64,000 bases of DNA. Origin: Amphiscolops sp. MND2022 (taxonomy: Eukaryota). The notes beneath the pieces were generated by a model. The model did no database searches, was not told where the DNA came from, and saw only the letters and a list, made by a program, of their open reading frames with translations. The stretch lies in assembly GCA_964187785.1 (NCBI GenBank), contig OZ076409.1, positions 67,954,001-68,018,000 of the forward strand, read 5' to 3'. The position numbers were made by a program, and so were the translations under genes. Shown here piece after piece: positions 13,100-25,085 of this stretch (position 1 is the first letter of the stretch; the number at the start of each line of letters is the position of its first letter).

Positions 13100-13880
13100 C
13101 AGCGGCCAATTGAAGTCAATAATTTTATCTGCAAGTAGCACATTCCCTATCCAAAGGGCATCATTACAAAACTTCTCTTTAGATTTCCATTTTGAATAAT
13201 AGATGATTTCAAAAAGATCAAGTCGTGAGTTTCTGGTTGGATTGGATTTGTGCTTCAGAGGCTTTGCAACATGGAAATTGACACGTTTGTTTACTATTTT
13301 CCAAACAAATGACATCGGCTTGAACAAGTTGATAACAAATTCGCAGGGGATTCAATCTTTCGTAGGTTCAATCATTTCCAGGCCAGGAGAGATCACTTTT
13401 TTCTGGATGACTTTTTTCTGGAAATTTTCCAAGCACTATACAGCAAGGGCCCAACACGGTGAAGCATATAAAACGATACTTAGAACTAACGTTTTCTACA
13501 ACATCAAATTCTTTCTGATTAAGAGATTAAAGGGTAATACACGTCTGATAAGTTGGAAAACTTTGATACCTTTTTGAAATGCTTTTAGGATGTGATCATT
13601 CCATTACATCTTGGAATTAAAATCCCATTTTAAATTTGATTGGCCGGTAGTTAGCAAAAAAGGAAAAAGATCCAGACTTATGCAAAGGGATTTTATAAGC
13701 CAATTTCCATTCAGAAGGCCAGCTACAAGATTGAATAATTGGGAGAAACAGATTTTGTACTGCAGGTATGTTTACTGCAGGATAGCCAGTATGTTTAAGC
13801 ACAAAACAAGGAATGCATCGAAAGCACAAGCAGTTGAGTGGTCAGCAAGTGTTAAGAGGATACGACGGTCTCTAATTTGA
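13100..13880 (-). mobile_element. Internally deleted LINE (CR1/L2-like) relic
   Basis: WKLAYKIPLHKSGS..ANYRPI (RT domain 1) followed closely by the post-RT motif IVLYASPCW...LENFQK; the RT core is missing. Confidence 0.7.
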
Positions 13881-16009
13881 CATCCAAGTCGGCCAACGAA
13901 ACTTCAATGTTTTCGGGCCGTACCATGTCATCAAGATCATTTCATAGTCCGAATGACTTTCGGAATTATGGAAGTGAATGGACATTCTTATCGCAAAACT
14001 TTCGATGTTCGTCTTTGCAAAAATTTTACAATGCTAATTATGTTAACTAGTACTTTGTTAGAAAACCGGCCCGGACAGCATCGGCCCGGGCAGCAGCGCA
14101 TCAGCATTCAATTGGAGGATATGACTTCTTGAAATCTGATTGTTTGCCAAAGTATGTGAATGTAAGTTTGAAATTTTGTTGGCTCCAAAGAGAACTTTTG
14201 AAGAGTAGGTGAAGCAAAATTCTAATTTCCCAGATTTCATTAAGCTTATTCGGAAGAAAACATTCATAAATTTGAGATCAGAAAGAACAAAATACTTTGT
14301 TGGATAATTTCGAGTTTGAACAAAGCAATTACGAAAAAATCTTTTGAGGACTACAAAACATCCAAGAGAAAAATGGGTTACCAAGCTCTTCTAATCTTCG
14401 TCCTAGAAAACAACCAAATTGTGCAAAATTTGACAAATTCAACTATTCCTATGGTATAAAGATTTACATCATATGTTGAAGATACAGTTGAAAGCGATAC
14501 TGAATGTTTAAAATTTTCGCACTATTTAGCTTAGTGTTGTTTGTATACTCTAAAATGAATAATAAGTTCATTAGTTGTATACCGGTAAATGCCTTGCGTG
14601 AATTTTTGTCCAAAAATTTTCCTTTACATACCGTTCTGATGAAAGGCGGCGTTATTTCAAACTAGCCTTTTTCAAACACCAACATGTTATGTGTCGACTG
14701 TTGATGTTAACTGGTTTCCTTGATGCTAAGTTGTGAATTGCCTTTTAGGCGTCTGAACCATTCCTTTACAGGAACTAGAAAATACAATTGGAAAATGGTA
14801 GTATTTTGATCTCCTTTCGATTGGCACCGATTTGAAATTTTGTTTGAAAAACTGCCTTCAAAAATCTTTTCTGTGCATTTTGTTTCAAAGTCAATTTCAT
14901 GCTGTTCCATGAACTTGAAAATCAGAGAAATTCAGAAAATTACCAAAAAATCACCGAACATTTGTATACATCTCCAAGGGTACAAATGACGATTTCGGTA
15001 TATCAATCTGCAACACCTAATTGACCTTTTAACCGCATAGTTTCTCAGATTTTCCGAAGCTACTAATAGTTTCGAACTCTCCGAAGTCCAATTGTTTGCA
15101 AAACAAAGATATGTGCTATTTTGAGTGAGACCAATTCCTAAACGGATAAAAACATAGCAATTATAAAAAATAGCAAAAAAACAAGGTAAATACCTATTTT
15201 ACTAAAAATCGAAATTCGGCGTTAAGAATTCGTTGCTGTAATGTTGCAAAGAATGTTTGTAATCTCATCTCACAGACGAAATGGAATATTTGCTCACTTA
15301 AATGATATCAGAAAACATTGAAAATCAACTTAGCAGTTGTAAAAATTAAGGTCTTTGAATCTCTACGTAGTTTGTGAGAAATCGGATTTAGGTAAATCAC
15401 TTTGGAAAACTTTTCCTCGTGTGAGAAGGTCATAAGAACCTCTTACTCTCGAGTAAATAATCTAAACATTGATTTGGCAACAAAGTCCTGGGAAACCAAT
15501 CCGTTCACGATATATACAATTTTCATTCCAAAAATGTTTGTTGGTAGGAATGAGTTCAACGGCAAAACAATTGGCCAATTAAAATACGTTTTAGAAAATG
15601 AGAAAAAGAATCAAAAATGAACCAAAGACCAAAACCGACGCTAGATCTCGAAAGTTTGACAAAATTTTTATAAGACGCAAATGATCGCAGTTCTCAGCAC
15701 TAATTCCGCTATCCTTCAACTCTATGCTCCAGAATTAGAAATTCTCCAACAGAATTCAACAACAGAAAAAATGAAACACACTGGGGATACCCGAAATTTT
15801 GCAAAAACGTAAAGTCGAAAAGTACCGGAATGTGAAATTCGATATCACTTAACACATTTTCACTAGATATTTCATCTCTAGTGAGAGACAACACTATAAT
15901 ATTGTAAGGGGATAGCTGACAGCTTACCATACAATAAGTGTAAATGACTTATGCAAGCAGAAAGTTTTCTCGAATTTCACCAACAATTTCGAGAAAAAAG
16001 AAAGACACA

Positions 16010-16720
16010 TATTTATTTGAAGCACAAATCACGCCAGGTACTAGCTACTTGGATAGGAACTGCATTTGACTCTATTTCCAGATGAATTTTTATTCGACTT
16101 TTGAATACATGTAGGCTCACACTTGGATCTCGCATATGCAGCGCTTGTGAGTTCCACTTCAGTGATGTATAATGAAAAAACGATGGGTAAGAAGTTGAAA
16201 CAGGTGAAAAATTACACATATAGATAACTTGATTGGTACGGGAATTCCATCGGTATGATAGGGTAGGTAATTTCAACTGATTTTGAAAAGCTTTTTTCTG
16301 ATTATTAATGTACTGAAGAAGTAAATAATAGATTTGAACATAATCAAGTGACGTATACTGATTATACCCTTGTTTTTTCACAATTCATAACATGACTTGA
16401 TGTTTGAAAGAAAAAAGACGCTCTTCAACGCCCAATTGATCTGTTTTTCTAGTGACAGCAATAAAGAAGAACTAATTTTTAGAAAGACAGAAGAGAATAG
16501 TCCAGGAGACTCATCACAAGTGCGTGGAAAAGCATAAGAAGTACTTGTATTGGGAACCTGTGATGCACTGTTTCAACAGTTTTTATACCGACTGCCATAT
16601 TTTAGCAACGTTTTAACTTGTTCCCCGCCTGCATATCGACTGTGGTGAATCCCAATAGATTCAAGGGCCTGCTGATGTAATCGATATACTGCTAGTTCTT
16701 TGGCATCGGTCTTGCAAAAA
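16010..16720 (-). mobile_element. LINE 3' fragment (post-RT region)
   Basis: LLMLFHALVMSLLDYS, SFFHYTSLKWNS and FKSRIKIHL are typical C-terminal motifs of CR1/L2-group ORF2; many stops. Confidence 0.6.
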
Positions 16721-16789
16721 TTTCATCCACATTGTTATCGTGTGTGAAGATCGTTATCGGCGATCCTGGATCTCTCATTGTATTGAAAG

Positions 16790-17010
16790 GTTCTTTAATT
16801 TTACGTTTTAGCACAAATGTTTTGTGTTGATTGACTCCTTCTTCGTATGCTACTGCGAATCTGAACACTTCTTGATCTTCCTTCGGTTCTGTACATAACT
16901 TTTCATTTTTGAATAAATGTATCCATAATTAGACGGTCCGTTAGATCACCAAGGTCGCATTTGGCAGCCATTCCTGTCAAGGTGTGCCAAAATTGTCTGT
17001 CTTTCATAAT
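16790..17010 (-). mobile_element. Gypsy gag fragment
   Basis: RQFWHTLTGMAAKCDLGDLTDRLIMDTFIQ then (frameshift) KLCTEPKEDQEVFRFAVAYEEG, resembling the L..LA..C.FG capsid motif. Confidence 0.55.
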
Positions 17011-17616
17011 CTGCTTTCTAGAGAAGACTTTGAATTTTTTTCTGATTCAGTGATGTAAGAATCCGGTGATGTAATGAAATGTAAAAATGGAGGACATTAT
17101 AGCACCTGTTTGTACAATTGTTCTTAGACTAGATTGTAAAAAGTTTACCTTTTAGAGTGGAAATTTTCATCTCACAAAAACTGGCTTCTGAGAGTCGGGC
17201 ATTTTGACAGTCGCTAATTGATTGCCTTGATAGTTTGGCTCAATTTGAAAGCTTCGTGGGATACACGTCTTGGAAACTATGCTCACTTCAAATCTGATTT
17301 CCACATTTAATTCATCGCGGAAGTATGAAGCACCGTCCTTGGTGTCAGGTTGATTATTTGCATTTGAATATATATGTGTTAAATACGTATCAGTGCCTTG
17401 ATTGGTAGAGATTGGGTAGCATATGAAGTCTGCTCCACTCCATTGGTTGTTGACCATTGCTAGACTATGAGGAGGTTATTGTCAAAGATTGCTTAAATTC
17501 CTGTTGACCACTGCGTCTTTTCTGATGGCAGTTCATTCACAGCCCGCAGCCTAACCTTATAACAAAACCAGGGCTACCAAAATATCATGATTACGAAAAT
17601 AAAGAGCTCTGAATGA

Positions 17617-20600
17617 TCAATTTGTGTATGTAAAATATATTATGAAATTGTACAATTTTTGAATAAAATCGATGTTGTCATCGCAGTACAGTTGCTCGTT
17701 CTTAACAAAGCGTAATGGAATTGTCGACACTACTATCAGTTTCTGTTCATCTAGGAGCTCATTCCCTGTAGTCACGTCACTACTTGCAGAGAGTTTATGT
17801 CGTACAGATTCGGGCAGACCTCCTCGTTTTGCTAGAATTGCGAAAAATCGAGGAACCTTGGTGGTTGAACACTGTTCGCCTTCCTTCAATATTGGACGCT
17901 TCGGGAAGATTAAAGCACATTGGGGTTCACCCGGTGATGAAAAATCTTTGGCAAAGCTGCCGGCTCTGCGTCCAGATTTCTGGCTCGATGCACTTGACGC
18001 TGTTGAAAACTTCTTGCTCGCGCTGTCGAGTTTAGAAGGTCTAGGCTCCGGCTTTTCATCAACCGGCTCCGTATGCCCCGAAGAATGTTTTAAAATATGG
18101 ACAACCGCTATTCTAGACAGAGCTATTACCAAATCCTCAATTTTGTCAGCACTGAGTTGTTTTATGATATCATTCAAATGACGCAAGAACAAATCTTCCT
18201 TGCTTTTCTCTACAACCGAAAACTTGCGAGTTCTGGAGAGCGGAATCTCGTCAGTAGATGGCAGGTTTTCATTCTCGGCGCTGCTCAAGTTGAAATTTGG
18301 TTTGAGAAAATCCATCGCATCTCTATAGAACTGCATGAGGGTTATAGGGTGGAAATAATCGAACAACTGGCAAGCTTCCATCTTGGAAAGACAACAATCG
18401 AAAATGGTCTCCGTAAAATCTGCTCCAAGAATGCCAACCGGGGAGCTTGATGATGAATGTTTCTTCTTGGATTCCAAAGCACGAGAGCAAGCAAGGGAGT
18501 AAGCCGCGTCCCAGTGAACCATGATCTTCTTCAATAGAATATCTCGATAGAAATCTTTCTTCACCCGTTCCATTACTTTCAAAATCTGGAGTTTACATTC
18601 TGATTCTTGTTCCAGGATTACGTCGTTTAACGTCTGTGCGCGGTCAAGATCACGTGATGAGAATTTTCGACGTTGCTCATCGGATCTGACATGACCTCGG
18701 TATTTATCGGATGATTCATTGTTGCTTAACAGTAACAAAAAGTAGCGAATGACTAGAATACTTTCGACCTCGCCATGTTTCACGTTGAATGATGTCGAAA
18801 TCTCGGCAGTGGCATCTTCGGTCAAATTGTTCTCCAATTCGCAGCAATTTTCTTCCGGTTCGTTGGTTTCTTTATTGACAACGTTTTCATGAGCCAGTAA
18901 AAGCATACATTTCAAAGGTCCGTACTTAGCAGCGCTTTCTTTCGCAATGACGTCAAAGGTTCTCGTAATCAGAGTTGTGTGCTCAGGTCCTTCTTTGCCC
19001 TCAGGGTGGGGCACTTTTAAACATGTGATATTGTAATGATCTTTCCGTTCAATCAGGTATTTGTAAAAACCGATCGCAGTAGACACAGAACTAGCAGCGT
19101 TATCTTCATTGGGTATACCGAGTGAAACTTTCAAAGACCTGGAAACGATTCTTCGAATTGAAACAGCTGGAGCTTTGCAGCGATGGTAGTTCATGAAGTG
19201 CTTCAGAAACGTGACCACATTTCCGTTTTCGTTCAGTTCAAACTCTGGAAAAGACATGCCAAAGTCTTCAGATGGAATCGACGACGAAGTTGATGAATCA
19301 ATTGAGAAAGTGTCATCGCATCTCGAACTCACATAGTTCCACAACATTTGTAACTGATAATCATGCGCGAACGAATGAATGTGCAAGTTTTCCACGAAAT
19401 AGTCCAACTTTTGATAGTAATCATCAAAGAGCTCGAAACTGTTGGCGGCTCTAGTTTTGCGGAAGACAAAGGTGTTGAGTTGCACGCAGAAGAAGCAGTC
19501 ATACTCATTTATGTAGAATCCGAACTTGATTAGAGCAACTCCGCCGTAGTTTACACATCGAACCATATACTGCACAAATTGAAGAGAATCTTGGCTTTCT
19601 GTCATAGTTGAGCTTCGACCAAAAGTCAAGTGATCATCTCTCGTCGCCAGACTGGACGAGGACATGGAAGCAGACAAAGTACTATGGACATGGTGCAGTC
19701 TACTCCCATAAGGTGCCGACGAAACCTGATGACCGGTCAGTGACATTGTAGGAGTCGTGTGAATGTCCAGATGTATTCGGTCAAAGCGTTCGGAAAATGT
19801 TCGCATTATGAAACCCTTTCTCTCATCGTACCACCTTGAGAGCTTGGAATGTCTCGCTGGCTTGTCCTTCACAGATCTTGTGTCTGACTCTAAATGGGGT
19901 CGCGTTGATTTCATTTTCTGCCATGAAGGTGCAAAGAAAATGGGTGTTGTCACAAAATGGTAGGACCTTGATCTCGACATGATTAGCTGCAGCTCTTCTC
20001 TGGTCAGTGCGAGGCGGTCGTTCTTCTGCTCAGTGACTGAATCTTCAAAGCGTTTCAAGCAACATCTTATAGCCTCTTTCGTTTTCCTGTAGCTAACAGT
20101 TAACTGCAACTGCTTCATGTTTTCAACTATTGCTCGTTGAACAGGAGATGTGACTAATCTATGAGAGGATTTTCTAGATCTCGCGTGCTCTCGATCTTTT
20201 TCCATGCTTCCCGAAATGGCTTTGTTGATATTAAAGTTGGGCTGCTTTCTAAGAATTTCATCAAATGGTATTTTCTGGTTGTCCAAGCGCAATCGGTTGT
20301 CCTTCATTTTTTCATTCAATTTGGTGAGAGTTCTATTTGTAAAACACCTGTGGTTGTAGAGTCCCATTTTCTGCCTGCTAACACAACCCAAAAATCTAGA
20401 ATCAAAATTTATATTGTTGGCTTCCTCCGCGAACTTGGAGAAGACGCTATGGGCTACATCAGAGAGGTTGTAGGCAACAGATTTGAAATGACGATCTCTG
20501 AACTCTCCAATCAGGATTCCTCTTCGTTTGACGTCACAGCTTAGAACTTGTGCAGGTGCGTGCACGTGATGATGTCTACTTCTGGTCATGTCGTTTCCAG

Positions 20601-23600
20601 AGGCATGTCGGCTTCTGCAATTCCAGTCATTGACATTATATGCTATGTAATAATATTCAGCTTGATCACATTGAGGTGGTAAAGACATTTCGGGAAAGTC
20701 TAATCCAGCTTCTCTAGAACTCAAAGCCTTAGTCAATCCTTGTTCACGCAGCTTGTACAGCTTCCCATTGTTGTTTTTGAACAATATCCACACGTAATCT
20801 TTCATTTTATCAAAGTTGATAGAGAAGAAGAGCTCTGAGACGCGTTGGCGGAAATTAAGTTTGCACTTTTCAATTATCAAACTTCGGCATTTCGTTTTCT
20901 CATAACATTCTAAAAGCCACGGGTAGACTGTCTTGATATAGAAAGCAATTCGGCTGTTTTGATCCAACCTCAAATCGGAATTCGTTTCTGTGGCATTCAG
21001 ATCAATCTCAGATGCCTCGAATGAAGACGATAGAACAGCTCCAGTAGCTCCTCCTTGGGTAACGGGCATCGGAGCAGCGGACAAAAGCATCTTTTCAGCA
21101 TACACATCTCCAAGTGCTTGGTTCACACAGCTAGCAAATACTTCGTTAACAAGATTGTCTGTATTAACTTTTCCGGTTTCCCACAACAAGAACTGAACGT
21201 AAAAACGATCGTTTGTAATTTGTTCGAGGTCCACGATTTCCGCAGCACTCAAGTTTTTGCCCAAAGAAGTGTCGAGTCTGGCTAATTCTGTGAAAATCTC
21301 ACTATCTTTGGAAGGACATAAGATTTTGTATTGAAACATGGCAATTCCTGCAGCAGTGGGATGTCGCAAACCTCGATCCCGGTACGTACTTGACCTTGAT
21401 TGGCCTCGTTTTTCCGGCATTGTGTAGAGCATACAGTTGATTTCTTCGCAACGTTCTCCATTGGGCCCTCTGAAATGAAACTCGTGTTCTTCGGCACTCC
21501 AGTACTTGGGCTCGACAGCATAAAATGAAAGGTTCCTCTTTAGATGGCATAACACAGCAAACATGTTCCAACGGAATTCATGGGGAATCGCGAAGTAAAA
21601 AGACAATGGCTTCGACTCGGGAGGTTGCAAAAACTCAACGTCAGAGTTGTGAAGTTTATGTTGAGCCATTGATAGGTATTGCCACAGTTGCTCCAATGTT
21701 TTCTCCTTCAGACTGGCTTCTAGCTGCGACTGGAGTCCGGAAATGAGGAACTCATCGAGTTCGCCTACTCCAAAAATGTTCACTGAAACGTGGTAATACA
21801 ATTTCGATGACGCAACAGGTTTTGGGGGCACTATTGAACGAGAAGCACTCAAATTTACTTGACTGCTGATAGAATGGTAATCATCACTTACAGGACTATG
21901 AACAACATCTGACTGGTTTCTAGGATGCAGCAGCGAAGAGTTTACAGGTGGCTCCTTTCCAGCTTCGATTGAACATTTGATGTAGAAAACGTGACCTTCT
22001 TTTGTCTTGTACAAAGAAATTCGCGGAGGTTCTCGAGCATTTTTGATTCCGCACTTCTCAAAAACCGATGTCACGGCTTCTGAAACGTGAACACTGCCAC
22101 TTTTGGGTCTCTCGGGTTGAATTCTGACGTGAATGGGAATAACAAGGTGTTTGATTTCGTCACACTGAAACTCATTTGGCTGCCAACTAACGAAAAGGGC
22201 TGTTCCAGCGAACTTGCCCCAATCCACGCTGTTGTTGTCTAAAGAATTATCGGAGATGTAATTCATCAGAATCGGAGAACAGATCTCGTGGGTGTAAAAA
22301 TCTTCCAATAGAACAATCTGGTTCACTTTTTTAACACACGCGCTGACGAACGAGCGAAACTGTTCGAAAACAAACTTCACACAAGTAGATTCCAGTATAT
22401 TTGGAAATTGTTCAGTTTCAAAAGGTTTGTGGAAATATATTCGACATACAAATTCTTCACCTGAACTGGTTACATGTCGGAACAATTTGAAGTATAACCA
22501 GAAGTTGTTAAAGCAACTATGAGAATGGCGGCCTTTCATGCTTTTCGAACCGTAAACACCTTCAAAACCTTCAATGGACGCATTTTCACAGCAACTACTG
22601 GAATCGGCTTCATAGTCTGTCATCTTGGAAAAACTGCTCTGGCCGCTTTGATTGCGAGATTTACTGTTACTTCGCACTTCATGGAGTTCGAATGAGTTGA
22701 GAGGAACTATGGCAGAGTTTTCTAGATTACTAGGTCTGTGGAACTGTGTCTCGGCTACTATTGCTTCAACTGGTATTCCTCTATCAGTAATCGCAGTTCC
22801 ATTGTTATCTTCATTCATGCAAGTCAAAAAGTCAGCCATAAAGTTCGACAAGGGTGCAGAAGTCAAGCTGCTAGAGGCTTCTGATGGATATAAGTCTTCT
22901 TGCGTTTTAGGACTGATCATTTGGCGCCCTTCGTGATCTGTTCTAAAGTCTGTGTCATCGTCATCACTAATAGCCAGCGTAGCGTTCGAATCGGGACTGA
23001 TACACGAATCGATGACCCATTTCCTTGTCTCTTGATTAGATGACTTCTTTCCACGATACCGTGCAATCCAATCTGTACTGGTTTCTGTAAAAACCGAGAA
23101 AGCATTTTCAACTCCTTTCGGAGTTTGTTTTTCACTTTCTAAAGCCTTCTCAACAAAAGTACCGTTCCATTTGAACTTCTGAATCTCTTGAACTAAAAGG
23201 TCGTAACTGTCCTTGTCTTTTTTGACGAAATCCAAATCAATCTTTTCAACTGAAGAGTTTTTGTGCTTGTTATTATACCGTCTCACATGTTTCTTCAACT
23301 GTTCTTGCATCAGAGGCGCATGTCGTTCTTCTGTTTTATGATAACTCGATGAGTCATGTAAGCACGTAACGATAACATCACTTATGAACCATCCAATGTC
23401 CTCCAAAAACTCTTTCTGACTAGGCAATTCAGACATGGAGCTCAGGGTTGGCATGTTGCCATATTCTTCGCCCTCCTGGTCAACAAGATTTGCTGCCATG
23501 AACTGGGACGTCAACGAGTTGTCACCGCTTATAAGCAAAGGCCACTTAGACAAATTTGGCAAATACTGGAACTTCAAACTGAGACAAATGCGGATAGATT

Positions 23601-24456
23601 CAATATTATCTGGGAGCCCAACACGTTGCATCCAAGGGCCTTCAACACTTGGTGGAGACACAGCAACTAAATCGTGCTCTGAAGTCGCCGGGTTTTCAAC
23701 TTGCTTGTGTAACCTGTAGAGGATTTCATTGACACACGTTGGCAAGGAACTGACAGGCACTTCGCAGAAAAGAGCACCGTTGATTTCAATTGTGCAGTCT
23801 AGTCTCAAGAAAAGAGGTTCCTTCAGGGAATCAATCCCAAACACTGGGGATGTGCAAGTAGTATCCAGATCATCGAGAAAATCTTCTTGCACTCCAAACT
23901 TAACGTCTGAATCTTTGACGTTTGCTTCTCCATCTTCTTTTTCATGCCAGAAAAAGAAGTTGGAAAACTTTTCACTTTGACAATCAGGAGATTCAGAAAT
24001 AGGAACAAACTTCAAGGGTCTGTAGCATTTGTTAATTAATGTATTGAAGTGATCGACAATGACTTGATGAGTGATGGATTTATCTGAACATCTCCCCTCC
24101 AAATATTCGTCACCAGTAGTTTGCCCATATTTCAAATCATCGAACTGCATCCGAGATAAGTCTGAGGAATCAACTGAACCACAAGATAAACTTCGAGACG
24201 TTGAAGAACCACTTAATTCTCTCCTAAAACCGAGTTCACTCCCACCCCAATTTTTTTTGAGGTGACGACAATTCAGACAGAGAAGAGAGGTCAAATTAAA
24301 AACCTGATCGAAGTAGACTGAGTTGTCCATTATAACCGACAATTTGTTGAGTTCCAAATCAGTGCAAACAGAACTTCGGGTTTCACTGGAATCGCGCGCT
24401 GCGTTTTGTAGCCATTTATTGTAAAGTACTTTGACGTACGATTGATTGTACACTTC
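17617..24456 (-). CDS. SZT2: SZT2 (KICSTOR scaffold), coding exon 2 (6.84 kb)
   Basis: 2,279-aa open frame after acceptor gcttag|GAA. SZT2-like motifs PLFLRLDCTI, RQKMGLY, HFVTTPIFF and LHIHSFAHDYQLQ. Confidence 0.8.
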   Translation of the reverse strand, partial: EVYNQSYVKVLYNKWLQNAARDSSETRSSVCTDLELNKLSVIMDNSVYFDQVFNLTSLLCLNCRHLKKNWGGSELGFRRELSGSSTSRSLSCGSVDSSDLSRMQFDDLKYGQTTGDEYLEGRCSDKSITHQVIVDHFNTLINKCYRPLKFVPISESPDCQSEKFSNFFFWHEKEDGEANVKDSDVKFGVQEDFLDDLDTTCTSPVFGIDSLKEPLFLRLDCTIEINGALFCEVPVSSLPTCVNEILYRLHKQVENPATSEHDLVAVSPPSVEGPWMQRVGLPDNIESIRICLSLKFQYLPNLSKWPLLISGDNSLTSQFMAANLVDQEGEEYGNMPTLSSMSELPSQKEFLEDIGWFISDVIVTCLHDSSSYHKTEERHAPLMQEQLKKHVRRYNNKHKNSSVEKIDLDFVKKDKDSYDLLVQEIQKFKWNGTFVEKALESEKQTPKGVENAFSVFTETSTDWIARYRGKKSSNQETRKWVIDSCISPDSNATLAISDDDDTDFRTDHEGRQMISPKTQEDLYPSEASSSLTSAPLSNFMADFLTCMNEDNNGTAITDRGIPVEAIVAETQFHRPSNLENSAIVPLNSFELHEVRSNSKSRNQSGQSSFSKMTDYEADSSSCCENASIEGFEGVYGSKSMKGRHSHSCFNNFWLYFKLFRHVTSSGEEFVCRIYFHKPFETEQFPNILESTCVKFVFEQFRSFVSACVKKVNQIVLLEDFYTHEICSPILMNYISDNSLDNNSVDWGKFAGTALFVSWQPNEFQCDEIKHLVIPIHVRIQPERPKSGSVHVSEAVTSVFEKCGIKNAREPPRISLYKTKEGHVFYIKCSIEAGKEPPVNSSLLHPRNQSDVVHSPVSDDYHSISSQVNLSASRSIVPPKPVASSKLYYHVSVNIFGVGELDEFLISGLQSQLEASLKEKTLEQLWQYLSMAQHKLHNSDVEFLQPPESKPLSFYFAIPHEFRWNMFAVLCHLKRNLSFYAVEPKYWSAEEHEFHFRGPNGERCEEINCMLYTMPEKRGQSRSSTYRDRGLRHPTAAGIAMFQYKILCPSKDSEIFTELARLDTSLGKNLSAAEIVDLEQITNDRFYVQFLLWETGKVNTDNLVNEVFASCVNQALGDVYAEKMLLSAAPMPVTQGGATGAVLSSSFEASEIDLNATETNSDLRLDQNSRIAFYIKTVYPWLLECYEKTKCRSLIIEKCKLNFRQRVSELFFSINFDKMKDYVWILFKNNNGKLYKLREQGLTKALSSREAGLDFPEMSLPPQCDQAEYYYIAYNVNDWNCRSRHASGNDMTRSRHHHVHAPAQVLSCDVKRRGILIGEFRDRHFKSVAYNLSDVAHSVFSKFAEEANNINFDSRFLGCVSRQKMGLYNHRCFTNRTLTKLNEKMKDNRLRLDNQKIPFDEILRKQPNFNINKAISGSMEKDREHARSRKSSHRLVTSPVQRAIVENMKQLQLTVSYRKTKEAIRCCLKRFEDSVTEQKNDRLALTREELQLIMSRSRSYHFVTTPIFFAPSWQKMKSTRPHLESDTRSVKDKPARHSKLSRWYDERKGFIMRTFSERFDRIHLDIHTTPTMSLTGHQVSSAPYGSRLHHVHSTLSASMSSSSLATRDDHLTFGRSSTMTESQDSLQFVQYMVRCVNYGGVALIKFGFYINEYDCFFCVQLNTFVFRKTRAANSFELFDDYYQKLDYFVENLHIHSFAHDYQLQMLWNYVSSRCDDTFSIDSSTSSSIPSEDFGMSFPEFELNENGNVVTFLKHFMNYHRCKAPAVSIRRIVSRSLKVSLGIPNEDNAASSVSTAIGFYKYLIERKDHYNITCLKVPHPEGKEGPEHTTLITRTFDVIAKESAAKYGPLKCMLLLAHENVVNKETNEPEENCCELENNLTEDATAEISTSFNVKHGEVESILVIRYFLLLLSNNESSDKYRGHVRSDEQRRKFSSRDLDRAQTLNDVILEQESECKLQILKVMERVKKDFYRDILLKKIMVHWDAAYSLACSRALESKKKHSSSSSPVGILGADFTETIFDCCLSKMEACQLFDYFHPITLMQFYRDAMDFLKPNFNLSSAENENLPSTDEIPLSRTRKFSVVEKSKEDLFLRHLNDIIKQLSADKIEDLVIALSRIAVVHILKHSSGHTEPVDEKPEPRPSKLDSASKKFSTASSASSQKSGRRAGSFAKDFSSPGEPQCALIFPKRPILKEGEQCSTTKVPRFFAILAKRGGLPESVRHKLSASSDVTTGNELLDEQKLIVVSTIPLRFVKNEQLYCDDNIDFIQKLYNFIIYFTYTN

Positions 24457-24584
24457 CTAAGCGTAGCAAATCCTTCAACTTCTAAACCCAAAATTTACGT
24501 TTCTTCTATGAAAGTTCTTGAAATCATAGCCAAGTCATCCAGGATATCTTGCCAAGTCAATGTGAAGTGTTAAAAAAAGTGTGT

Positions 24585-25025
24585 GTAGTGGCGACTACGA
24601 CAGTCACAGCTTTCATAGACAGTGCCTCTTGGTAAATCGATAGATGTCAATGCTATGTTAGAGTTACCTTTCCACACTCTCTGCGATAGGTTCTCTGCGA
24701 CTCTTTCGGAAATAAAATTGTTTCTCAAAAATGTTCAATTTTGACGTTCACAAAGAAAAAGCCTTTTCCGAGCCTAAAGTGTCCTGCCTTAGAGTTTTTT
24801 GGCACTGTGCGACATGTTTTTGAAAAAAAGTCATTCCCTTTCTTTTGTTTTGATATTATAAGTTAGTTAGAAGCGTTTCTTGAGTCTCAAAAGTGTCCCT
24901 TTCGGGCGTTTTTCGGAACTATGAGGTGAAGAGTTTTCTCAGAATTTGTCTTCGAGTACATTGAAAAGACTTTTTATCTTTTTGAGCCTTAAGCAGGGCG
25001 CCTACTAGGCCGTTCCTATGCTTGA
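24585..25025 (+). mobile_element. Degenerate HINE-like family A copy inside the SZT2 intron
   Basis: tttttggcactgtgcgac, gtccctttcggg and end tttgagccttaagcagggcgcctactaggccgttcctatgcttg, as in the other family A copies. Confidence 0.55.
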
Positions 25026-25085
25026 TATGACTTAGTGGACAGTTTTTGATTAATTTTTAATGAGAAATTATAATTTGCTACGCGC

